Source: Azolla caroliniana (Eukaryota; Plantae; Polypodiophyta). Taken from it: DNA of 64,000 nucleotides. The notes below the pieces were generated by a model that worked only from the letters and a program-made list of their open reading frames with translations, was not told where the DNA came from and ran no database searches. This document shows positions 51,136 to 64,000 of the stretch, piece after piece. The translations under genes and the position numbers were made by a program. The stretch covers positions 6,386,001 to 6,450,000 of the forward strand of contig JBHGNT010000006.1 of the NCBI GenBank assembly GCA_043228905.1, given 5' to 3'. Each line of letters starts with the position of its first letter. The first letter of the stretch is position 1.

Positions 51136-51773
51136 TAATGGAAAACACTGTCGTGATCTTGCTATAGCATTCTTCCTTCTTGATGGTGATTTAAGATCAA
51201 ATCAGTTGACATGGTAATAGATGATTACTTTTGTTGGATAATAAGGGCAAGATTGAAGCTGAACCGGAGATGATAGTTCTCCTACACATCTTAAGCAGTA
51301 TTTGTTCTTGGCAACGGTGATGAACGTTGAGATTGATGCTAACACTTACCTTTGGTCCTTTCTCAGATGATCTATACTTGTTGAGATGGAAAATATTATA
51401 GACTATTTTGCATATTGGTTTTAGCCACTTTAATTTTAATACCAATGGAGGATATTTTTCTCAAAAAAAAAACATCACACACACATCTTTATATCACATC
51501 AATTGACACACTACGAGAAAATGAATGCTTTGAAGTGATCACCACATTTGAAAGGCAGGATATATTCATTATCAAACAACAACTAATAAATTGGGAACTG
51601 AGCAATATAGAAAATTAGTCAATAGATACTACATTAGGTATCAACTTTATATTAGTGTGTAAACGAACATGTAATGAACAGATAATCTGAATTCACATAA
51701 TAAGGGCACAAGTTGATTGCTAGGATATAACAATCATTAATCTCAATCAATCAAAATAATATTTTTAGGAAGA

Positions 51774-53281
51774 TGGGGTAATGTTAGGGAAGAGAACTAG
51801 GTTGAATTGGGTTGACTTTGATAAAGGTGAAGCTAAGTTTGTTGGGAATTGGCTGACTTTTTCTTCTTCAGTGATGGAAAAAACAAAACCCAAGTTTGTA
51901 GTGCAATTTGGGGAGGGAACATTATGTATTCAAAAATGGATAGAGTCTTTACAATATCTTCCTTTCAACCTTCTCAAACTAGTCTCTTTTGGTATGGTAT
52001 GTTTTCATCCCTACATGTCTTATTGGGGGTTAGGGGTTATAAAAACTCTCATGAATGCCTTTACTTTGATGTTTTGCCTTCTGGACGACTTCATTCTCTC
52101 TTTGTGGAAGACAAAATTATAACTCAAGGGAATAGGTTGCCTATTCGTATATTATGGAAGAAAGATAAAAAATGGATATTGAACCCACATCCAAATGATG
52201 TTAACAATCTCTTTGATTTATGGGTCTATGAGACTAAGCCCATTGCTTGCTTTTTGTGGGATCCTGGTGAGTGGAAATGGCAAATCAGATCAGCGCAAGG
52301 AATGTTAGGTAAGCAAATCCCATTTTTTCAGTATTCGGTAAAAATGGGTAGAGAAATGCTAAGGAGAGGTGTGACTGTTACACCAACAGCTTGTAATTTT
52401 TGGAGATTTGGTAATGTAACAGATTCTTGGTTAAATGCTTATAGGAAATGGTTATGGGCCATGCAAATTCCTAAAAAGGTTGTGTTATTTAGATGGTTGT
52501 GGACACATTATGGCATTCCTGTGAAGTCATGGATGGGGGGACATTGTCAGGATTTAAAATGTGACAGTTGTGGTTCTCCCATTGAATTGGTTTAGTACCA
52601 TGTTTTATGGATATGTCCTATTGCTAGAGCAGTTTGGAAAAGAATGTTGAGAATGTTATATCCTATTTATGGTAGGCAGGTGTACACATGGGGTTTTGTG
52701 AGATGGGGAAGATTGGCTAAAGAAATTCAAAACTATGAAAAGGAGTATGGTGATTTCCTTCTCCTCTCCGATAGAAGACATGTATTGGAGGTCTCTGATA
52801 TTACATCAGTTCGTTGTTTGGAAGAGGATATGGTCTGGTTTACGATATCTTCTCTAGTCATTTGGGTATTGTGGAAGGCTAGATGTAAATGTGTATTTCA
52901 GAAAGTTAAACAGAATGCAGTTGAGTTAGTCAAAGAGGTATGGTTAATGCTCGTACACACTTTAAGAGGTCAATATGATGCAATATAACTGGTGAGCCTA
53001 AGGTTGTGATTCGGAGACAACAACAGCTTAGAGAAATTTGGAAAAACGTTGAGGTCTTCGTCTCTTTTGGAGAAAGAATAAAGTGGAGATATGCTCTACC
53101 AAGATGGTTGTTTCCACCCCCCGTCTTGGAACAACCTTAATGAGGGCTTTTGATACTTGACATGTTGGTGATGTGGATATGAGGGTTGTAATATATTGTA
53201 TGAACTCCTTGTAGCCTTTCGGCATCTTTCCATTAATACCAAGGTGAACCTTCTTTTAATATATATATATATATATATATA
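51774..53281 (+). mobile_element. 5'-truncated LINE insertion with 10-bp TSD and (AT)n tail
   Basis: ORF2 C-terminus with WLWAMQIPKKVVLFRWL..CDSC..H..WIC (zf-RVT-like). TTTAGGAAGA at 51764-51773 and again at 53282-53291, directly after (AT)~11. Confidence 0.87.
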
Positions 53282-55076
53282 TTTAGGAAGAAAATCATAG
53301 CGTATGGTAATCATTCATGGGTTTGAATCTCAAGGCCATGTCTGCTAGTTGTTGGCTCTTAAAAAATGGATCACTACTAATCATACCTTGCTTGCTAAAA
53401 TGGTTTACCTTCCAAACCCAACGAGTGGAAGCACAATTTACATGTATACTTTGAGATCATGCACATCCCATGAGCCTAACAAAATGCACTTAAAACTTTC
53501 AGTTGTCAGAACCCAAAATTTCAAAATTGAGCTTCACATTCATTTTGATACCCCTTCAATCTTCAATCACCACATTTTCCTCTTTATATCTATGATTCTT
53601 TTTTGTCTCATTGCCTACTTGCTTAAAACCTAATATTTCAATCTCTAAATAATAATATGTAACAACTAGTGACTATTTGCAATTTCATCTCTCCACATCA
53701 CCTCCACTTTTATTTTCTTGTACGGGAAGCTCTCCACGCCACACATCATATTGGAAGTTCTCTGACAAATAGTGACACCTACATGATGACTATTGGGACC
53801 TTGCGGTTGATGAGAAGAAACAAAAACTACATAAAGCAAATGCACAAAATGCCTCCTCACAAAACAACTTTTGGTTGTATATCAGATCACAAGGGAAAAA
53901 GCAATAAAAGGAAAACAAAAACTATTCCAAGTGGAAGAATGTGTGGACACTAGTAAAAGGAACCTTGAGAGAGTAAATAAACACAAAATAATGACCAATA
54001 ACACACTTCGATGTTCGGAAGGCATGTGAAGAAAATGCAAGTACAATATAAGCACCATAGAATTGCAAAGTAAAACATGGGTAGGTTGTAGACAGACAAG
54101 TTGAAAATGGAACTACCTAACAAAGTTTATTTTCTCTTCTAAAAAGAAGGGTCCCCTGGGAGATCTGAATAATTGTTTTAAATCCACATAATAATTTGTA
54201 CAAGTCGTAGATTTAGATGATAAAGATATATCAAATTCAGTGCATCTGAACTCTCACATCGATCAATGGCATTGTACAATGTAATAATAAATACATGAAG
54301 AGATCTGTCTCCCTAAATGAAGTTTCCTACCCTTTCTGCAGCATAATACATGTGAAGAAACTTTATGTTTTCTTCGATGAAGTTCCCCATCCTTAACATG
54401 CCTTTGGTTCGCACAAGATCGAGATTCGAGACCAATAAATGGTAACACAAAGAGTCATGGCTCGAGGCATCTTTTCTCGGCATCACTATCTAAATTGCTC
54501 CCGTCAAGAGTGAACATGCTAGAATATTTGAAAAGAAATGAAAGTTTGCATATAAATGCTCACAATTGATCAGAAGCACACAATACATAGGGAACATTTT
54601 CTCAATACGCATACACATCTATGTTAAAAACATGTGACTTTTTATAATAGGTAGCTACATTCTTCTTGAGCTCAATCTCTGCAGTCTCCAACATAAAGAG
54701 TAAAAGGAAATTCAAATGATTACAGAAAGTTAGAACACAAATCTATTGAATGTGACACCAACATGAATAAATCCCCAAAACTGGCTGAAATAGTAGACCT
54801 AATAAGTTTTTGCATAGCACTAGTAGCAAACATTTTAGCATTTTTATTAATGGTTTGCACAAAGGGACACCAAAGAGCACAATGCCAAATATCATGAAGG
54901 TTGCACTGGATGGCAAACCAAGGGATAGTTTTAAAAAGCCAAGAAGTTATATAGCCTGATTATATTCAAATTAAACACATACCCTTGCACGTTACGTAAG
55001 GAGAGAGAAATAAAAGTCTTATGCTACTACTAGCTACTTGCACCAGTTCTATAACATTAATCCAGACGAGATACAT

Positions 55077-57507
<2,431 letters not shown>

Positions 57508-57597
57508 GGTTAGAAGGAACAGAGGGGGAGCAGGGGAGGAGCAGGGGGAAGGTGGAAGAAGCTGATGATTACAAAATACAAAAGCTTGAGCTTAAAG

Positions 57598-57645
57598 ATG
57601 AAGAAGAAGAAGAAGAAGAAGAAGAAGAAGAAGAAGAAGAAGAAG
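57598..57645. repeat. (GAA)n microsatellite in the DAHP synthase leader/promoter
   Basis: About 15 GAA units ~90 bp upstream of the ATG; reads (TTC)n on the sense strand. Confidence 0.9.
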
Positions 57646-58034
57646 ATGGTAAAGCTTCTGCTTCTGTCTCTCTGTCTCTCTCTGTCTCTCTCTGTCTCTT
57701 GTGTCTGTCTGAGCCTGTGGGTTTGAGGGGGTCTCCCCCTGTTAAGCAATACATATGTAGCTATTTACCGGCGGTAGCCGGTGGAACCGGTCACTCTGTA
57801 GGGGTTTGGACCGGTCAGCAGGAAACGTGCATCTTGCCTTGGGGCTTGGCCGTCCAACGCGCGTGATCTTTTCAGCATCAAAAATCAATTCATTATTTTC
57901 TATGCTCGATACATACATATGCATATGTACATATGTATGCATGTATGTATGCATGTACGTATGTATGTATGTATGCCACCAATGATCAGCACTTGGAAAT
58001 GGTCCAACTCCCCCTCCCACAGGTGTGAAACCAT

Positions 58035-58068
<34 letters not shown>

Positions 58069-58158
58069 GAAGAAGTTAATATACCTTTCTCCTCTCTCTC
58101 TCGTATTTGGTGTTATAGGCCATTTTGGCCTCTTAAAAGACGTTAATATATCTTTCTT

Positions 58159-58195
<37 letters not shown>

Positions 58196-58235
58196 CCATC
58201 TTCCGTAACCCGACCCGACGAGAGAGAGAGACACG

Positions 58236-58275
<40 letters not shown>

Positions 58276-61200
58276 CGAGAGCCGCACTTTTTTTGTTTTT
58301 CTCATCCCCACCTCACAAAGCTCAGATGCATTTGAGCCACGTGCTAGTGAATGAGGGTGAAATTTCTCTCGATCAATGCCACAAGCCTCTCAACTCTCGA
58401 TTTGGTTTTATTTTGTCTCTCGTCCCCTTCTTTTATAACCTAAATGGCCAAAGTTTCAGGGTTGGCGACTTCCCGTTTTGGAAGATATTTATGAACATGC
58501 CTAGAACCTAGCAAAAACTATTGGCTCTTGCCTTTTTGTTCGTCCACATCCTTGGTGACCACTTTAGTGAATGATTGATTTGCCAAAACCTAACTCCCAT
58601 TTATGAGACATGGAATCATGACATCAACCACACATTTGTGATATTGAAACTGTGGCACATCATGACTTTTGGGTACATGAATGTCCTTCCAAGAAACCAA
58701 GGATATGAATCAATGAGCTCCTTATCGACATGATTTAAGATCATCTCTAGTGTACATCATGGTTAAACTATCTTGAAACATATAGTCTTCATTATTTCAT
58801 TCACTTAATGCTCCTCTAGCTCTCTCCTACGTGATTTTTGGCTTCGACCATAGCCATGCATCTTAACTCAATCAAATTTGTTATAAGTTTGATGGATAAC
58901 TAGCGCTTACAAGTAAAGGAGGGCGTTGCCAATTACTTAGGACCAATATCGCTTCAACCAAACCCAAGTCAATTCAAACAATATATTGGCTCTCTCCCGC
59001 AAGATTTATGATGGCTCCCCTAATACCAATTAACTCATTTGAATTGTGAACATATTGGTGTTGTGCTGATGGGTATCATGCTTACAATCAAAAGAAATAC
59101 ATTATCATCTTTCAAAATAAATTAGTTTATACAAATTTACAATATTTTAACAATTGCTTCTAATAAATGCAAATTCACACCACCACGAGACAATTATGGA
59201 GCATTTACTTATCTCCAAGATACCAAGAAAGTAGGTTTTTATGGGTATACCTTGGTGTTTAGTTCATGTGCATACTAAATGATCAAGGTTGTTTGATTTC
59301 TGTAATGTCCAATCACTAGTAATAAAATGGAATTTTGAAAGTTCACGCTTCAATCTCTCAAAATCTACATGGATTACAAATTACAATAAGACAAATAGAA
59401 ATGGGAAGAAGAGAAATATTAGATAATTCATCATGCTCATGGTGGCAATAAACTATGGATATAACACCCCTCCCATTCACACTTGTTTCGTTAATAGTCT
59501 ACTGCTTCATTGACTCTATGGAGTTCAATACATTCTTCATCCATCCTTCCTAGAGTCAAATGGTCATTGATTAGATCTAGGGGAATACTGCCCATTTAAT
59601 CTCGATGATTAGGAAATTTGTGGAATGGTTTGGAATACACGAGTTGAGTGTAGTGAGCATTATGAATGTTGTTCAAATGTATTGGTAAATAATAAATATC
59701 TCCAAAACCTTTATCACGTGTTTTATAATTAATAATTGAGACCTATTCCAAGTGAGATCTAGTCATATTCATAATTTGAAATGCGATTTAGAATCTACAA
59801 CATGTGCGTAGATGGAAAATTGCTATTATATAGGTATTTTACAAACTTTGTTGGTTTGATATTTTAACTTTACAAAACCACCACCAAGAAGAACGATCAT
59901 GAACCTTATTTAATTTGAGGGAACTCTTTGTGGAGTTAGTGCATGAATGCCAAAAATGAAGGTTTTTTGTATTCACGAATTGTGAGGTTCTTCACAATGG
60001 ATCATTATTGCAAACACAATCGATGCATGTTTTTCTATGTTTTCTATTTCGGCAAGACAATCCCCTTGCTTTTTCATCATAATTCAAATGAGCAAGTTCT
60101 TGGTCAATTGTTTCAACGCATCCATAAATGGGTGAAAGATGATAAGTTCCCAAAATTGTGGTTGTATTCCTATGTTCCTAGAGAAGAAAGAAGGGATAGG
60201 AGAACATGAGTCTATGTTTTGCTCAACAACATTGGACTACCTCTACCCATTTGAAGAAAAACTCAACATAGATTTAAGTTTGAGTATTATTGTAGCCACA
60301 TTAATACCTACTACCGGGAAAAAATACTCTATGAAGTTGGCCAATGCGCAAGCTCACATCAACACATCCATGCAAAATCTAGCAAGATGTGTGGTCATGC
60401 TAAAACTAGAAGCTTGGGATTGCCAGAATATTTAGCAAAGACAGATAACTAATGACTTATGTTGTTGCAACATACCATAAACAAATTAGCATATCTCACT
60501 TTCGAATGCCTCACATATGAAAACATCAAGCATGATTTTCAAGAAAGTGTACAATATTGTGCTAACTTTCAAGAACTCTTAATGAAAGACCTAGTGATTA
60601 CTCTTTGTTTGTTTGCTTGTTCATATCCTCGATTGAGGATATTCTTCATTCATATCCTCAACTTGACTTTAGAATGTCCAAACTCAACAAATGGTCAGTC
60701 AAAGTTAAGATCTTGAGGTGTGGCGATGTGGAGAATGTAAGGCTAATGCCACTCTAGGCTCTAAAAAATCTGTGTGAGGTGGATATAAAAATGCAAGAAT
60801 TCAATGATCTTAGTTTAACTTAACGTTAGGTACCTATCAATATATGCTATCGTGGTTCTTTTACTCGTCTACCTTTACCTTATTCTACCATTTAAAATAC
60901 CCCAAAACCATGGATGGGGAAAAACTTTGTAATTGATCCCATCTTAACCTCTACACGCTAATATATCATCATTACCATCTTCTTTCTCGCTCTCTATATC
61001 TCTCTACATGAGCATCCAATCAAAACAAGTACGTAATACTTCCTCCACCCAATTTTTTTTTGTAATGGTAGTACCATGAAATGATGGGGCTACACATATA
61101 AAAAGGAAGAGGTTTTTGCATTTTCCTCCACATAATTTGAATGGTCTTTAAAGTGTGAGACGTTCAATTAGAAAAGTACATATTTGTGCAAAAAATTCAA

Positions 61201-62996
61201 TTACGCATGCATAATTTTTTGGACTTATTTGACTATTCGGTGTTAATTGAGCAATCATCTCAACTAAACAAAAACTTTGTCAACATTTTTTTTAGTAAAA
61301 AAGGAAGAAAAAGGAGACCATGTGTGTTTGTCATGTATGTACACTTGACACATGAATGCGTTAATTTATTACTTTACTACAAGTCATTGTAGAGTTGTGT
61401 AAATCTTGTCTTCTTGGTTCACACTGCAAAAAAAAACATTTGATCATGGATTCTTAATTACATTTTTTGATAGATATAAGCTAATAAATTGCATAGTGTG
61501 TTGTAATATAAGAAGATATATGCTTTAGATTTTTTTTTATGATGAGCACCATAATATATTCAAAGAACATATAAAGGGGAGAGATGTATGCCTACAATAT
61601 CCCTCATCATTCTTGAGGGCAAGTATTTTCTCGTGTGGAAGATTTACAATCTAGTATGGTATTTGAAAACCATGAACACAATGTTTTACGTAACTCAACA
61701 TAACACACAAACACACACACACACACACAACGATATGTTTCCATGGGCATTTTTTGGAAGTTAAACTACAATTGTCTTCCCATCGTTTAGAATCTCAATT
61801 ACATGCCATTACATCCAAGTTAAACTGAATTATATTTACAAGTTATTCCCACTTAATTTGCTTGTGTAGTTCATGTTTGTCTCAATTCATGAAAAGAAAT
61901 ACACAAAATGGTGCAAATGATTGTCCTCTTACTTTGACACAAGCAACCTGACATAAAGCTAACCCCTAGTCAAAGATTGAGAAAGTTTAACAAATAGTTT
62001 GGGATTCTCCTCCAAACATTAACGTTTCATACTAACACAAATGATAATTTATGAAGCAAGAACATGTCCTCATTGAAATGCCTACATATGCTTTTAACTA
62101 GGAAAGGATATATCCTCAATGATCCAATACAAAGGAAACTCCATACTACATTAAGAGTTAGAACTTAGCAATCAACATTGTGCCTAGGTAGGCAAGTCAT
62201 GTTGGAAGTCTTCTTTGTTTTGTATTGTATTTTGAAATCAAACATGCTATATGATTGGTCATGATAGAAGCATGAACACATAATATGTTGAGATGTGCGA
62301 AATCTTGGTTAGAGATGTTTGCATAGTGGTGTTAGAAACGTGAAAGCATAATAACTTAAGAGACCCACAAGACTTGGTTAGAGATGTTTGCATGTGCCAC
62401 AATTGTTGATTGATACTTTCTAAAACCCCCCCTCTTCTACCTTAATTAGTAGGAATGTTTTATGCTTAGATATTTAAATATATGGCTTTTATTTTTTGGG
62501 CTTTCCTAAAGGAAGTCACAATGTTTCCTTATTGTTTTCTATGATTAAGAAAATAATTCTCTTTTGTGTTTTGAATATACGTGTAATGATTCGAATATAT
62601 TCATGTACTTTTGTGCGACGTTGGAGATGTCCCTTTCAAACATTAAACGACCCTATTGTTCATGCAAAGCGAATAAGAGGAACAATTCTTTCACTTGGGT
62701 TATTTGAGATGGCCTTTAGTACACATTGAAATCAAGACTTTTTTAGAACCTTACTAGATTGTAATTTGTTATAGAAAGGAGCAAAGAAAAGAAAGTTGGA
62801 GACCCTTGGAGAGAAACCTTGAAAGGAAAGAAATGTTTTAAGTATTATGATACATTGATCCTTAGAAGAAAAGAAAAAACATATTATTTTAGAATGGTCC
62901 ATCCCCTAACATGAGTGTTCTAACCAAGACAATGAAAAGTATCTTGTTTATTCCCAACAGTGTTTGCTATGATTAGAAAATCATTGAAGTAATTGT

Positions 62997-63073
<77 letters not shown>
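62997..63073. repeat. Compound (TG)n(AG)n microsatellite
   Basis: Read directly. Confidence 0.92.
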
Positions 63074-63076
<3 letters not shown>

Positions 63077-63111
63077 CACCATGCACATATCCAAGGTTAA
63101 AATAGTTGATC

Positions 63112-63338
63112 AAATTTCAAGCTGACTTATAAGGAACCATGTGGTTTGAGCAAATCAAAGATGAATATGATAGTGAAATGATACGAACATAGAGATACAC
63201 CTCAAAACATAGTAAAATGATAATATGATAGTTAATCTAATTTCAAACTAACTTATAAGGAACCATGTGGTTTGAGCTAATCAAAGATGAATATGATAGT
63301 GAAAATGATACGAACATAGAGAGACACCTCAAAACATA
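63112..63338. repeat. ~100-bp direct repeat x2
   Basis: AATTTCAA.CT.ACTTATAAGGAACCATGTGGTTTGAGC...ACACCTCAAAACATA at ~63112-63211 and ~63239-63338. Confidence 0.88.
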
Positions 63339-63345
63339 CCCCACA

Positions 63346-63920
63346 TGTAGTGCAATTCTTGCCGAAAATGATAATAATTAGGTAAATGCACCTAAATGTT
63401 GATTGAACTCCAAAAATATACTCGAAAAAGAACAAAATTGCTATCTATGGGACAAAAGGAACAAGGTGTGAAAAGGATTGAGAAGAACAAATGCGAAAGG
63501 GATGCATAGGACAAGTGTGAAAACATGTAAAGAAGTCGATCACATGCAACCGAAGGTAGAAGCCGATTAATTAGGATGAAGTAGTTGGAACGCGCCGAAG
63601 CGGGAAAGGAAGCTATATAAGCACGAAGTGGCGAACACGGGAAAAGGGGGGAACCGCTAAAGATTGAATATACTAGTTAGGAGCCCAAAGTGATAGAGCC
63701 TAGCTCTAGATTTGTATTGAGTGAGTGAGCATCACCGATTCTACTCGGTCTTTTGTACTATCATTGTATTATGTGTTAACTTAATCGAATACTTATACTT
63801 GTGGGTCAATCTCTGTGTTTGTCTCATTCTAAGTCTATCGTTACTTCTTGCGGTTCGGTCTTTAAAACGTGATAGCGAATAGGTAGTAGTCGTTCTCGAA
63901 GTGTCCATTAGGGGTGTACA
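63346..63920 (+). mobile_element. Candidate LTR (probably the 5' end of an element running out of the window)
   Basis: TGTA at 63346 and TACA at 63917-63920, internal CTATATAAG at ~63613, visibly more CpG than the flanks; no TSD at 63921. Confidence 0.4.
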
Positions 63921-64000
63921 ATTTGACCCCTACTCGGGTCCTTAGTTTCTTACGCACCACGATTCTTTGACCTGATTACTCAAGATGAGTAATCGAAGGT

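Noticed and set aside
59400-60760. Possible decayed transposon coding sequence (several short ORFs)
   Set aside because: No diagnostic motif recognised; a translated search against a TE library would be needed.

Overview
Eukaryotic, AT-rich, CpG-depleted land-plant nuclear DNA with GT-AG introns and many microsatellites. The style of the PLS-PPR gene and the retroelements suggests a fern or other seed-free plant (inference). I can support eight protein-coding genes. On +: a 4-exon NifS/Moco-sulfurase-like fold-type-I protein that has lost both its PLP lysine and its persulfide cysteine (1121-3934), a secreted Pro-rich HRGP-like protein (8422-9495), a PLS-E PPR RNA-editing factor (26834-28978), a 2-exon 100-aa His/Tyr/Gly/Pro-rich protein (34070-34563) and RABC/Rab18 (38875-41715). 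On -: an intronless 579-aa low-complexity protein (16892-18631), RPL29 (44720-45323) and class II DAHP synthase (55077-57507). Between the genes lie a truncated Ty1/copia element with an intact 3' LTR and PPT, four LINE relics (one with a 10-bp TSD and an (AT)n tail), a hAT-type MITE with TIRs and an 8-bp TSD, two copies of another MITE-like family, Gypsy/LTR fragments and local tandem duplications. I found no CRISPR array, rRNA or tRNA, and I see no multi-gene novel system. The strongest leads are single loci: (i) the PPR code spells GnGGnGGnGA, which fits the Gly-Gly-Gly-Asp codons of mitochondrial cox1 and predicts a specific editing site; (ii) the sulfurase-like protein looks like a pseudoenzyme; (iii) two unusual low-complexity proteins.
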